DNA from: Candidatus Zambryskiibacteriota bacterium
GTDB lineage: Bacteria > Patescibacteriota > Minisyncoccia > Phycocordibacterales > Zambryskibacteraceae
Reading direction: 5' to 3'
Assembly (NCBI GenBank): GCA_016177225.1
Contig: JACOVQ010000009.1
Span: forward strand, 1 to 54,854
DNA length: 54,854 nt
Shown: positions 43,371 to 53,187 of the stretch, one piece after another
Layout: each line of letters opens with the position of its first letter
Position numbering within the stretch: the stretch's first letter is position 1
The notes under the pieces: generated by a model
What the model saw: only the letters and a program-made list of their open reading frames with translations
What the model was told of the DNA's origin: nothing
The model's database searches: none
Translations under genes and position numbers: made by a program

Positions 43371-44355
43371 GTTTTAATCTAATTTCCTTAAGAATTTCTC
43401 CAGAAATTTTTTTGTCTTCTCTTAAAAATTGCCTTGTGGAGTCGTAGCCACGGCCGAGCTTTACATCATTGTACTCATAAGAATTGCCGGATTTTTTTAT
43501 AATGCCATATTTTTCCCCAAGCGCAATCAGTTCTCCTTCTCTCGAAATACCCTCGTTATACATTAAGTCGAATTCAGTTTGCCTAAACGGCGCGGCTACT
43601 TTATTTTTAACCACTTTGACTCTCGTTCTGCCACCCATTACTTCCTCGCCCTTTTTGATTTGCGCGATTCTTCTGATATCGAGGCGCACCGATGTATAAA
43701 ATTTGAGAGCTTTGCCTCCGGGGGTAGTTTCCGGATTACCGAACATCACTCCGATTTGCATGCGAATTTGGTTTATGAAAATGACAATAGTTTTAGACTT
43801 AGCGACAATGGCGGTAAGTTTGCGGAGCGCTTGCGACATCAATCGGGCTTGTCGGCCGACATGCTGAGTTTCCATATCGCTTTCGATTTCTGCCTTGGGA
43901 GTAAGAGCCGCCACGGAGTCTATAACGATGACATCGATTTTGCCAGAGCGTACCAGCGAGTCGACGATTTCAAGCGCCTGTTCGCCGGTGTCCGGCTGGG
44001 AAAGCAATAGCTCGTCTATTTTAACCCCGAGACGCTTGGCATAATCGGGGTCCATGGCATGTTCGGCATCTATAAAGGCGCATATGCCGCCGAGCTTTTG
44101 CGCCTCGGCGATAACATGAAGCGACAGGGTGGTTTTGCCGGAAGATTCCGGTCCGAAAATCTCGATTATTCTGCCGCGCGGCAGTCCGCCCACTCCAAGC
44201 GCGGCATCGAGTCCTATGGACCCGGTAGAAACCGCATCGATACCCACTTTCGGTTTGTCGCCGAGTTTCATAATGGCGTCTTCGCCAAACTTGGTCCGAA
44301 TAGCGTCTAAAGTATTATCGATATTTTTCCTATCAATCTCTTTTGTTTTGGACAT
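43357..44355 (-). CDS. recA: Recombinase A
   Basis: [35 protein letters not shown] and KNKVAAPF. Confidence 0.98.
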   Translation of the reverse strand: MSKTKEIDRKNIDNTLDAIRTKFGEDAIMKLGDKPKVGIDAVSTGSIGLDAALGVGGLPRGRIIEIFGPESSGKTTLSLHVIAEAQKLGGICAFIDAEHAMDPDYAKRLGVKIDELLLSQPDTGEQALEIVDSLVRSGKIDVIVIDSVAALTPKAEIESDMETQHVGRQARLMSQALRKLTAIVAKSKTIVIFINQIRMQIGVMFGNPETTPGGKALKFYTSVRLDIRRIAQIKKGEEVMGGRTRVKVVKNKVAAPFRQTEFDLMYNEGISREGELIALGEKYGIIKKSGNSYEYNDVKLGRGYDSTRQFLREDKKISGEILKEIRLKLKET

Positions 44356-44690
44356 CAATTCAGTACTACTTGTAAATTTTTATTAACTTCGTGGCCGAAA
44401 CGGTCACGAGCTTTGACCGTTATTATACTCAAGCCTTCCGAGACAACCAGCTTCTCCGACCATCGGCCTTCTTCGTCCATGAAAATCTGCCGGTCGTTGA
44501 GCGTAAGCCAAGCCACATTTTTGGCCCGGCCTGTCAAGGTTACTACCGGACTGCTAACTGTTTCTCCATCTTTCAAATTATCTACCCATACTTGCGGTCC
44601 GAAAATAAGAAAACGTCCCTGGTATAAAGAGTAGGAGCCGATAAATAAAATCGCGAGAATCAGTGCCAATCGCCTGGAATTTATCTCCAT
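44355..44690 (-). CDS. Small membrane-anchored Ig-like protein
   Basis: N-terminal TM then a beta-rich domain (LTG.A, LN, G.W.E.L...G...I.V.A.DRFG). Confidence 0.7.
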   Translation of the reverse strand: MEINSRRLALILAILFIGSYSLYQGRFLIFGPQVWVDNLKDGETVSSPVVTLTGRAKNVAWLTLNDRQIFMDEEGRWSEKLVVSEGLSIITVKARDRFGHEVNKNLQVVLN

Positions 44691-44693
44691 GAA

Positions 44694-46811
44694 TCACATT
44701 GTAACATTTTCTTCCGCGGCATTCTCCACAGCGTCTGTTCCAGTAGCGTTGATGCCGATGACTTCGCGCGGTCTGGCTCCAGAACCCGGGCCGATAATCC
44801 CTCTCTCTTCCAACATATCCATCAGCCGCGCGGCTCTGGCGTAGCCAATTCTAAGCTTTCTCTGCAGATATGATGTCGAAGCTTTGCCGGCTTCCGTAAC
44901 AATAGCTCTTGCATCTTCATATAACTCATCATCATCCCCATCAAACGTTTCTTCTCTCAAGTTTGAAGAGAATATGGAGTTGGCAGTATTGTCATTTGAA
45001 AAATTAATTTCATCCTGGAGCTCGTCAGCATATGAGTCGGCAAGATATTTGACCACGCTCTTAACTTCTTTCTCTGAGATGTAAGCTGATTGAATGCGTT
45101 TGGGCTTACTCATCTCGCCCGAGAGGAAAAGCATATCGCCGGCGCCCAGAAGTTTTTCGGCGCCGGCGGAATCTAAGATGGTTCTTGAATCAATTTGAGA
45201 CGAGACTTGCAAGGCGATGCGGGCCGGAATATTGGCCTTGATAAGGCCGGTAATGACGTTGACCGAAGGTCTTTGAGTGGAAAGGATAAGATGAATGCCT
45301 ACGGCGCGGCTCATTTGCGCAAGCCTAACCACGGCGGCCTCAAGTTCTCTCGGATATGACTGCATCAGGTCCGCCAATTCGTCGATAATCACTACTATAT
45401 AAGGCATAGTTTCGGCATTCTTAGCCATATTCTCGTGGTAGGAATTAACATCTCTCGCACCTGCGGCTTCAAGGATATTGTAGCGGCGCTCCATTTCTTT
45501 AGAGGTCCATTTGAGAGCAAGGATAGTCTTTTTGGGCTCGGTAATAACCGGAGTTAAGAGGTGAGGGATGCTATTATATAAGGTAAGCTCCACGCGCTTG
45601 GGGTCTATCATTATAAATTTCAGATTTTCCGGAGGATTTCTAAATAAAAGGGAAGTGATGATGGCGTGAATAGTAACCGATTTACCGGAACCGGTGGCGC
45701 CGGCGATTAAGAGGTGAGGCATTCTGGAAAGATTGGCAAAGTGAGAACGGCCTGCAATATCGCGGCCGAGAGAAATAAGCAAAGGCAAAGAACTGCGAGC
45801 ATACTCTTCATCGGCGACAAGCGAACCAAGCCCGATGGTTGATTTGAGAGTATTGGGCACTTCGATACCCACGAGAGACTTGCCCGGTATCGGCGCTTCG
45901 ATGCGCACCGGGTGAGCCGCGAGCGCCAGCTCCAAGTTGTTTTGAAGTCCTAAAATTTTTGAAAGTTTCACTCCTTCGGCCGGCTTGAGAGCATAGCGCG
46001 TTACCGATGGTCCGATAGAGATTTCATCCATCTCAACCACTATGCCGAAGTTTAACAGTGTACGTTTGATTAAATTGGCGTTGGCCTTGATGTCTCCGAC
46101 GCCGGGTTTGCCGCGGTCTCCTTCAAGCAAGTCTACCGGCGGAGGAGTCCAGGCTCTGCCGCTTTTACGGGTAATTACCGGCATAAATCCCTCTCCATCA
46201 CTTTCTTTCTTTTTTGGCGATTGTTGGTCGTAGGTTGTAGGTTGTGTGTCCATTTTTTCTACCGCTTTATCGATAGCGGCATTTTCTACGGGAGCAAATT
46301 CGCCAGTGGCTTTCTCCCTTTTCCTAAAAAGCTTGTCCAGTCTTATAGAAGCATTGAAAATAATTAAAATTGAAACGACGGAAAGCGCTATTAAAAGTAT
46401 CATGGTTAAATAGGCATCAAACAAAGAAACGAGAGGTTTGGAGATTAGGTTACCCGCCAAGCCTCCTCGGCCGGATACCAGATTCGTTAAACCGAGAGAG
46501 GAAAGAAAAAGTATAACTGCGCCCAAGATATTAGGCCTGGTTAATTCTCTGCCGTCTTCTTTAAGAAGAGAGGCCGCTAGCAATAAGGAGACTACTGGCA
46601 GTATGTAATATCCGATGCCAAAGAAATACGAGAGGTAATTATATGAAAATTCTCCGACTCTTCCTCCCAGTTTGAAAGTGGACATCAAAAGAAAGATTGC
46701 CAATACTACCGAAAATATACTTAAAATGGCACTCCACGTACCGGAAGATACAAACTTTAACAACGACTCTTTCTCCGGTTTTGTGTCAAAATTTTTCTTT
46801 GGTCTGGCCAT
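44694..46811 (-). CDS. ftsK: DNA translocase FtsK
   Basis: N-terminal TMs, PHLLIAGATGSGKS, IDELADLM, TQRPSV, GAEKLLG.GDML and gamma domain LQRKLRIGYARAARL. Confidence 0.97.
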   Translation of the reverse strand: MARPKKNFDTKPEKESLLKFVSSGTWSAILSIFSVVLAIFLLMSTFKLGGRVGEFSYNYLSYFFGIGYYILPVVSLLLAASLLKEDGRELTRPNILGAVILFLSSLGLTNLVSGRGGLAGNLISKPLVSLFDAYLTMILLIALSVVSILIIFNASIRLDKLFRKREKATGEFAPVENAAIDKAVEKMDTQPTTYDQQSPKKKESDGEGFMPVITRKSGRAWTPPPVDLLEGDRGKPGVGDIKANANLIKRTLLNFGIVVEMDEISIGPSVTRYALKPAEGVKLSKILGLQNNLELALAAHPVRIEAPIPGKSLVGIEVPNTLKSTIGLGSLVADEEYARSSLPLLISLGRDIAGRSHFANLSRMPHLLIAGATGSGKSVTIHAIITSLLFRNPPENLKFIMIDPKRVELTLYNSIPHLLTPVITEPKKTILALKWTSKEMERRYNILEAAGARDVNSYHENMAKNAETMPYIVVIIDELADLMQSYPRELEAAVVRLAQMSRAVGIHLILSTQRPSVNVITGLIKANIPARIALQVSSQIDSRTILDSAGAEKLLGAGDMLFLSGEMSKPKRIQSAYISEKEVKSVVKYLADSYADELQDEINFSNDNTANSIFSSNLREETFDGDDDELYEDARAIVTEAGKASTSYLQRKLRIGYARAARLMDMLEERGIIGPGSGARPREVIGINATGTDAVENAAEENVTM

Positions 46812-46900
46812 ATATAAATAGATGATAGCACGGCTATATATTTGCCAAAGCTTGTCCGTTAGATTTATAATGGACTGACCTTAAACAAAAAAGACTTCTA

Positions 46901-47431
46901 ATGGACTTTAATAGGACAAAAATGGCCGAGAGAATTACTACCGCTATATACTTTATAACCAATTTTATTAATGATAATGAGCCATTAAAATGGCGTCTAC
47001 GAACTCTCTCTACTAACCTTGTCTCTTATACTATAAAAGACAAGTCGGAAGTTATAAAGGAAATTATTTCTTTGTTTACTGTGGCTAAAAATACCAAGCT
47101 TGTCTCTGATGTAAATCACGGTATTCTGATAAAAGAGCTATTGATGCTAGAGACCGAAGAAAAGAAAATATCTCTTCCTGCTATCGAAGAATCTAAAAAA
47201 TCCATAGGAAATAGAGATTTTCAACACATAAGGGAAATTAAAAATAATAGCCGGCAAGAAACCATTTTATCTGTCATTAGAGATAAAAGAGAAGTAATGA
47301 TAAAGGACATTTCTGCTGTTATAAAGGACTTTAGCGCTAAAACTATCCAGCGTGAGCTCAGAGAATTGGTCAATAATGGTATATTGAGAAAAACTGGCGA
47401 AAAAAGGTGGAGTCGGTATTCGTTTGCCTAA
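46901..47431 (+). CDS. Hypothetical protein with C-terminal winged HTH (DeoR-like)
   Basis: RQETIL..I, IKDI and S.KTIQREL.ELV..G.L.K.GEKRWSRY. Confidence 0.75.
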   Translation: MDFNRTKMAERITTAIYFITNFINDNEPLKWRLRTLSTNLVSYTIKDKSEVIKEIISLFTVAKNTKLVSDVNHGILIKELLMLETEEKKISLPAIEESKKSIGNRDFQHIREIKNNSRQETILSVIRDKREVMIKDISAVIKDFSAKTIQRELRELVNNGILRKTGEKRWSRYSFA

Positions 47432-47457
47432 AGTATTAAAAGTGTGTACTATTAGCC

Positions 47458-47503
47458 TTATCCACAGCGTATTTTGACGCTCTGGGACGCAATTAGCTAT
47501 AAT
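47458..47503 (+). promoter_or_regulatory. Perfect DnaA box followed by a sigma70 promoter
   Basis: TTATCCACA at 47458-47466, TTGACG at 47474-47479, 18-nt spacer, TATAAT at 47498-47503. Confidence 0.65.
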
Positions 47504-47595
47504 TGATAGCGTGCGTATTAGTACACGCGGTGCAACCAAACAAAATTTAGAAATTACTTGGCGAACATCGCGCATTACAAGAAATAAAATTAAAA

Positions 47596-49605
47596 ATGAT
47601 TAAATCTAGAATTGCAAAGATCGCTGGACTCGCAGTAGGCGCGACCGTTGCCCTTGGTGCTTTTGTACCTATGGCTGGCGCTGTGACTGTTGCTGAACTT
47701 CAGGCCCAGATCAATGCGCTTATGGCACAGCTCGCTGCTCTTCAGGGTACGACTGTTACCACAAGCACTGCCATCAATTCCAACTTGACAGTTGGCTCAA
47801 CCGGCGCAGAAGTGACTACTCTTCAGAGTGCACTTGTTACTCAGGGCCACCTCGTCATGCCGGCTGGCGTATCCATGGGTTATTTCGGCTCCCTTACGAG
47901 AGCTGCGGTAGCTAAATGGCAAGCAGCTAACGGTGTTGCACCGGCGGTTGGTTACTTCGGCCCTCTATCGAGAGCGAAGTTTAATGCTTCCACTGGTGTA
48001 ACTGGTACCACTGGTACCACTGGTACCACTGGTACGACTGGTGTTACAGGCACAACGGGTATTACCACTCCCGGTGTTGAAGGCACTATCACCGTTACTC
48101 TTAACCCGTCTCCGGCTAACGGAACGAAGTTATATGAAGGTGATGTAAAGAAAGCTGTCCTAGGCATCAAGCTTGAGGCCAAGATTTCCGACATCAAGGT
48201 TGAGAGAGTCAAACTCGATCTCGATGAAACAGGAAACACCGCCACTGCAGACTCCGCTTTCTACAACAAAGCCGTACAAAAGATCTACATTATGGACGGC
48301 TCGACCATTCTGGCTTCGTCAGATCTCAACAGTTCGACTGTAGTTGAAGAAAGTAATGAAATCTCAATCACACTCTCAGGTATGAGTTTCGTTGTTCCTA
48401 AAGACACAACAAAGATTCTTACCGTAGCCGTTGATGCGAGGTCTAGTTGGGATTCGACATACAATACTGACAGTTGGACTATTACTATTCCGGCTGATGG
48501 TGTCCGAGGTGTAGACGGTGCCGGTGTCAACCAGTATGGCCCAACCGCCGCTACGGCAGCGCGCAGTTTCACTACTGAAGATGAAATTGCAGATACAGCT
48601 ACTCTAGCAATTTCCCTCAGCTCCAGTTCTCCTAAGACACAGGCGGTAGTATGTACTGCCGGTACTGATGAGGATGAGTGTGATGGGCTAGAAGTAGCTA
48701 AGTTCGACTTCAAGACGACAAAAGATAATGTAACAATTACCGATTTCGTTCTTGATATTCTTCGCAGTAACGATGATACGGCTAACGCTACGGCTACCAC
48801 AGCTTATCTCTACGACGGTTCCACTCTCGTAGGTTCAGCTTCGGGTGTCGGCACATCGGCTACGGCTATGACCGCGACTTTCACTGACATTGACTGGGTT
48901 GTTTCGAAGGACACAACCAAGACACTGTCAATCAGGTTGGACATTGACGATGCCGCCCTGACAAATCAGACCTTCGTTGTTTCTACGGATGCTGGCGACA
49001 CTACCGCGGAAAACTCTAATGGTAATACTGTTACCGCTACCGGTTCCGCCGATGGACAGACCTTTAACATTAGGAATGTCGGTCCTGAAGTAACCTTGGT
49101 GTCTAAGTCGATTACCACGGCTGGTGTTCCGCAAGGCGCTCCTGCCGCAAATCTTACAAGCACCTCTACCTTGACCGCGACATTCAATGTCAAAATCAAG
49201 GCAGTCGGTGGCGACTTGACTATCGGTACCGTTGCTTCCACTAGCGCTCCATTGTTTGGTGAGGATGTTGCCAATGATGGCTTTAACAGCTTCGAGTTAC
49301 TTGAGGACGGTGTGGCAAGCGATACGGATCTAGCCACTTCGACTTCGTTCAGCATCTCTACTACAGACACAACTGCTGCCACAGGTGCAAACGGTCGTGT
49401 TCTAGCTGAGAACAAAGAAACTACGATTGCCGTTACCTATCAGGTTCCTGGCAGGTTAGCAACCGATGTTGCCGCGACTAGAGCAATTTACGCAGTACAG
49501 TTCAAGGGTCTACAATGGTTCAACGCCACAACCGGCACTGTCCAGACTACGACCTTCATGACCAACGAGCTTGACTGGAGAACTGCTGATGTTTCCTTCC
49601 CGTAA
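47596..49605 (+). CDS. Secreted S-layer-like surface protein with peptidoglycan-binding-like domain
   Basis: Signal peptide, ELQAQI..L.AQL coil, L..GS.G.EV..LQ..L / GYFG.LTRAAV..WQ PG-binding pattern, (GTT)n linker and Thr/Asp-rich beta region. Confidence 0.8.
   Translation: MIKSRIAKIAGLAVGATVALGAFVPMAGAVTVAELQAQINALMAQLAALQGTTVTTSTAINSNLTVGSTGAEVTTLQSALVTQGHLVMPAGVSMGYFGSLTRAAVAKWQAANGVAPAVGYFGPLSRAKFNASTGVTGTTGTTGTTGTTGVTGTTGITTPGVEGTITVTLNPSPANGTKLYEGDVKKAVLGIKLEAKISDIKVERVKLDLDETGNTATADSAFYNKAVQKIYIMDGSTILASSDLNSSTVVEESNEISITLSGMSFVVPKDTTKILTVAVDARSSWDSTYNTDSWTITIPADGVRGVDGAGVNQYGPTAATAARSFTTEDEIADTATLAISLSSSSPKTQAVVCTAGTDEDECDGLEVAKFDFKTTKDNVTITDFVLDILRSNDDTANATATTAYLYDGSTLVGSASGVGTSATAMTATFTDIDWVVSKDTTKTLSIRLDIDDAALTNQTFVVSTDAGDTTAENSNGNTVTATGSADGQTFNIRNVGPEVTLVSKSITTAGVPQGAPAANLTSTSTLTATFNVKIKAVGGDLTIGTVASTSAPLFGEDVANDGFNSFELLEDGVASDTDLATSTSFSISTTDTTAATGANGRVLAENKETTIAVTYQVPGRLATDVAATRAIYAVQFKGLQWFNATTGTVQTTTFMTNELDWRTADVSFP
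47992..48066 (+). repeat. 9-bp coding tandem repeat (ACTGGTACC) encoding a TGT/TGV linker
   Basis: About 8 degenerate units inside the surface protein. Confidence 0.85.
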
Positions 49606-49663
49606 TTCGTAAGCTAGGATCGTGATAACATCACGATCTAGAGGTCTCTGCCCTAGTCAGAGA

Positions 49664-49695
49664 AACAAGAGACCGCCTTCGGGCGGTTTTTTGTT
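49664..49695 (+). terminator. Rho-independent terminator
   Basis: GACCGCC-TTCG-GGCGGTT followed by a T-tract. Confidence 0.85.
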
Positions 49696-49703
49696 TTGTC
49701 TGG

Positions 49704-49712
49704 TTATCCACA
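49704..49712 (+). promoter_or_regulatory. Perfect DnaA box
   Basis: TTATCCACA upstream of the 49832 gene. Confidence 0.55.
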
Positions 49713-49831
49713 GTTTTGTCGATTAAGAATTAAAGTTGTTTGATTATTATGAGATAATTAGTGTGTTCACAAATAATTAGCAATTAAAAAACTGCCAATC
49801 TAATAAAAAGGCAGGAAATAATTTAGTAAAT

Positions 49832-50515
49832 ATGAATTTAGTTAATAACGACAGGATGACGAAAATAATTTCCGTTGTCCTTGCTGTAGTATTTGGCGTT
49901 TTGGTTGTCTCGCTTGTCGCCGATGCTGTCACGACCATCAGTACCAATGTGGACACTGATGGTAACTTGGTAGTTGACGGCACATCAACACTGACCGGTT
50001 TGACCTCCATGGTCCAAGCGTCCTCAACCAGATTTTCGGTGCACGATACCGCTTACTTCGGCGGTTCGGCTACTACCAGTATTACTTCTGCCGGAGTAAT
50101 AACTCTTACCAATGGCGAGACCATAGCCAATGCCACAGATGGCACTGTGACTATTACTGCCGATGTAGTTAAGCTTGTAGGTACCGCCAGTTCTTCCGCC
50201 ATTCGAGTGGGAGATGAAGATAGCTCTACTCTTATCAATGCCATAGTTTCTGGCTATTGTACCGCTGCTTCCGTGGCCGTAGCAGCTACTTCAACCGGCA
50301 CTCTGCTTTGCAACAGTGCAACAGGTGTTGATTCCGGAGACCGTGTCTTCGTGACAGCGACCAGCTCGCTTGCCGGCCACTTCGCCATTACTGCCGCATC
50401 ATCCAGTGCTGCTGATGTAATCCAGATCCGCGTTTTTAACGAAGCGACAACGACTGCTGATTCTGGCACTGATGACACCGGAGTGAACTCATTCTGGTTC
50501 TGGGCCACCCGCTAA
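49832..50515 (+). CDS. Secreted Ser/Thr-rich surface protein
   Basis: Signal-like N-terminus, TTISTNV.T.G.L.V.G and ASST repeats, aromatic C-terminus. Confidence 0.7.
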   Translation: MNLVNNDRMTKIISVVLAVVFGVLVVSLVADAVTTISTNVDTDGNLVVDGTSTLTGLTSMVQASSTRFSVHDTAYFGGSATTSITSAGVITLTNGETIANATDGTVTITADVVKLVGTASSSAIRVGDEDSSTLINAIVSGYCTAASVAVAATSTGTLLCNSATGVDSGDRVFVTATSSLAGHFAITAASSSAADVIQIRVFNEATTTADSGTDDTGVNSFWFWATR

Positions 50516-50543
50516 TGGAGAGCTTATTACTAGCTCATAGCGT

Positions 50544-51395
50544 ATGCTCATGAAAAAATTATTACTTTCAGGCTCGATCGCGGTTCTGCTTCTGCCGGGA
50601 TTGGCTTTTGCCGCTTTCAATGACGTCTCTCTGACTACCGATGCGGACATCTCCGTCAACAGCATTACCCTTGATGTCAGCGGTTCAACCTCCGTTATTG
50701 AATCCATAATAGTCAACAGCACGAACTTCGTCGCTACCTTACAGTCCGGCTCTATTTTCAAGGTCTCTGCCTCTGGCCTTCAAAAACTCGGCTACGATGT
50801 CATATATGCCGGCAATCAATCACCCAGCATTGACTCTATCTGCACGGGTTCGGCATCTACTCTGGAACTGTCTCCTGTAGTAGCTTCAACCACCGTTACC
50901 GTTACTCCATCGAGTACGCTCTGCGCGGCCGCTGCCGTTACTGCCAGCTCCGGCACATCAGGGAGTGGCGGAGGAAGTGTGACAACGGTTATTGCCAGTC
51001 CGGTTGCTGTAGCGGCTACAACAGCTTCAAGAGAAGCTCAAATCAATTCCATCATGCAAGCCATTGCCGCTCTTCAGGCTCAAATACAAACATTGACAGG
51101 TGCTCCGGCAGCCCAAGTTTCTGCTATAAGCGGCAAAATTACCAGCAATCTTTCATCTGGTTCTCGCGGCGCAAGCGTTAAAACTCTTCAACAATTCTTA
51201 AACACTCACGGCCTTACCGTTGCTTCAAGTGGGCCAGGTTCTCCCGGCAATGAGACAGAAACATTTGGCGGTCTGACTAGGCAAGCTGTCCAGAAATTCC
51301 AAGAGAAGTACAATATTGCTGGTCCAGGTATTCCTGGCTACGGTACCGTTGGTCCTAAAACGCGTGCCAAAATTAACGAGCTTTCTGCGCAATAA
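50544..51395 (+). CDS. Secreted protein with C-terminal peptidoglycan-binding-like domain
   Basis: Signal peptide (AFA), SGGG linker, and LQQFLN..G...GPGSPGNET.FG.LT..AV.KFQ...GPKTRAKIN. Confidence 0.8.
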   Translation: MLMKKLLLSGSIAVLLLPGLAFAAFNDVSLTTDADISVNSITLDVSGSTSVIESIIVNSTNFVATLQSGSIFKVSASGLQKLGYDVIYAGNQSPSIDSICTGSASTLELSPVVASTTVTVTPSSTLCAAAAVTASSGTSGSGGGSVTTVIASPVAVAATTASREAQINSIMQAIAALQAQIQTLTGAPAAQVSAISGKITSNLSSGSRGASVKTLQQFLNTHGLTVASSGPGSPGNETETFGGLTRQAVQKFQEKYNIAGPGIPGYGTVGPKTRAKINELSAQ

Positions 51396-51405
51396 CTCTA
51401 CCCAC

Positions 51406-51436
51406 AAAAAACACCTGCTCGAGCAGGTGTTTTTTT
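51406..51436. terminator. Bidirectional terminator-like palindrome
   Basis: AAAAAACACCTGCTCGAGCAGGTGTTTTTT, a perfect 30-bp palindrome. Confidence 0.8.
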
Positions 51437-51452
51437 GTTGTACAATTAACAA

Positions 51453-52562
51453 ATGAGATTTTTCGATAAAACTTTCTTTAAGTTTCTTTTTGGCTTTCTG
51501 GTTTTAATAGCGCTGGGCGTTGGAGTGATGGTTTATGCTAAAGCTGTTTTCGCCGACTCTCTTGTAAATATAAATACAGCGAATCTTACAGAGCTTAAAA
51601 CTCTTAACGGTATAGGAGATGTAAAAGGACAAGCCATTATTGATTACCGCACAAGCCACGGTGCGTTTGCCGCAATTGAGGATATTCAAAATGTTACTGG
51701 CATTGGTCCGGCCACTTTTAATAACATAAAAAATTTCATAACCGTAGGCACTGCTGTTGCGCCGGCAGCAGAAACAAATGCCAGTACCAACGCTTCTGTC
51801 GGCAATACATCCTCAGTTCATTATAGTTCAACTCCCGTAACAAATATAAATAAAAGAGTGGAAGCGTACGTCAGCGCAGGTTCGGATCGAATCAGTACTG
51901 CCGGCAGTCCCATGGAGTTTGCAGCTGAAACTGATTTCGATTACACCAAGTCGAGCATGTTTAACTGGAACTTTGGCGATGGCAGCACGGGAACAGGCGA
52001 TGTTCTTACCCACACCTACGAATATCCCGGAGAGTACACGGTTGTGCTTAACACCTGGCTACCCAAAGGCCAATCCGTTTCCAGAGTAAATGTCAAAATA
52101 ATAGAGCCGGAGATAGTTGTTATTTCGGCGTCGGAAGAAAAGATAGAATTGAAAAATAATTCAAAATCCGAAGTAAATTTATATGGCAGGGCATTGTGGA
52201 GCGGAGGAAGAACCTTTCTTTTTCCCAAAGATACCATCATCAGAGCGGGACAAAATATCACTCTCAGCTCTAGGGTCACGGAACTTAAACCCAACAGCCC
52301 ATTTGATGTTCAAATAGCAGTAGTGGGGGACACTGAACAGCCGAAAATGATGGCAAAAATCGAAGAAGAAAAAACAAAACAAATTGCTAGTATAAAAAAT
52401 CAAATTACTTCTCTACAGCAGCAAATGGCAAGTCTTCTAACTCCAGCCTTAGCGGTTCAACCGCCAAGCGAGGAAGTTGCCGAAATTTCTGAAATTCCGC
52501 CTCAGACAGCCTCGGTAAAAGTCGGGTGGCTTCAACTTATTAAAAAATTCTTTCTAAGATAA
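51453..52562 (+). CDS. ComEA-like helix-hairpin-helix DNA receptor fused to a PKD domain
   Basis: VNINTA...EL.TL.GIG..K..AII.YR..G.F...EDI..V.GIG, then WNFGDG and H.Y.YPG.Y.V.L. Confidence 0.85.
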   Translation: MRFFDKTFFKFLFGFLVLIALGVGVMVYAKAVFADSLVNINTANLTELKTLNGIGDVKGQAIIDYRTSHGAFAAIEDIQNVTGIGPATFNNIKNFITVGTAVAPAAETNASTNASVGNTSSVHYSSTPVTNINKRVEAYVSAGSDRISTAGSPMEFAAETDFDYTKSSMFNWNFGDGSTGTGDVLTHTYEYPGEYTVVLNTWLPKGQSVSRVNVKIIEPEIVVISASEEKIELKNNSKSEVNLYGRALWSGGRTFLFPKDTIIRAGQNITLSSRVTELKPNSPFDVQIAVVGDTEQPKMMAKIEEEKTKQIASIKNQITSLQQQMASLLTPALAVQPPSEEVAEISEIPPQTASVKVGWLQLIKKFFLR

Positions 52563-52563
52563 T

Positions 52564-53088
52564 ATGCAAACAGCGATATTTGGCGGAGGATGTTTCTGGT
52601 GCACTGAAGCAGTATTTAAATCGCTTGAAGGAGTTTTATCCGTGAAGCCCGGTTATGCCGGCGGCCACGTGGCTCATCCGACATACCTTCAGGTAGCTAC
52701 TGGCAAGACAGGACACGCGGAAGTGATTTATATCGAATACAATCCGGGAAAGATTAATTACCGGGATCTGCTCACAGTATTCTTCGCCTCTCACGACCCG
52801 ACGACTTTAAATAGGCAAGGCAATGATGTCGGCACCCAATACCGTTCAGTAATTTTTTTCACCACGCCGGAGCAGGAGGCGGAGGCGGGCAGGTACATCA
52901 AAGAGATTCCGGGTGCGGTGACAACACTCGAACCATTAAATAAATTTTATGAAGCCGAAAACTATCATCGCGACTACTATATCAACCATAAAGAAGCGCC
53001 GTATTGCCAAATAATTATCAATCCAAAACTGGAGAAAGTGCAAAAACAGTTCGCCAATCTGTTGACTTCCAAATCAAGAGGCATATAA
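52564..53088 (+). CDS. msrA: Peptide-methionine (S)-S-oxide reductase
   Basis: GGGCFWC, GYAGG, TGHAEV, HDPT.LNRQGND.GTQYRS and AE.YH..YY. Confidence 0.96.
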   Translation: MQTAIFGGGCFWCTEAVFKSLEGVLSVKPGYAGGHVAHPTYLQVATGKTGHAEVIYIEYNPGKINYRDLLTVFFASHDPTTLNRQGNDVGTQYRSVIFFTTPEQEAEAGRYIKEIPGAVTTLEPLNKFYEAENYHRDYYINHKEAPYCQIIINPKLEKVQKQFANLLTSKSRGI

Positions 53089-53089
53089 T
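53062..53089 (+). promoter_or_regulatory. Probable promoter of the stand-alone 23S rRNA gene
   Basis: TTGACT, 16 nt, TATAAT, overlapping the msrA 3' end; boxA-like GTCCTTTGAAAA near 53203. Confidence 0.6.
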
Positions 53090-53164
53090 GGACCTATCCA
53101 GATGTTAAATATCTTTAGCTTAAGAGAACGGCATAAGCGGCTTTAATGTTGCTTTGTGGGGTTA

Positions 53165-53187
53165 CCCGCCGCTCTCCGAGCGGCGGG
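53165..53187. repeat. Short GC-rich palindrome in the rRNA leader
   Basis: CCCGCCGCTC-TCC-GAGCGGCGGG. Confidence 0.6.

Noticed and set aside
47992-48066. CRISPR-like or contingency repeat
   Set aside because: It is a 9-bp in-frame coding repeat for a Gly/Thr linker with no spacers. No CRISPR array or cas gene was seen anywhere in the window.
47432-49830. Replication origin at the DnaA boxes
   Set aside because: Only single boxes in two separate intergenic regions, with no box cluster and no dnaA/dnaN nearby.
410-52403. Numerous 60-170 aa ORFs antisense to or overlapping well-supported genes (e.g. 410-676, 8528-9007, 31028-31498, 48285-48800)
   Set aside because: Shadow ORFs with no motifs, fully overlapping confident CDSs.
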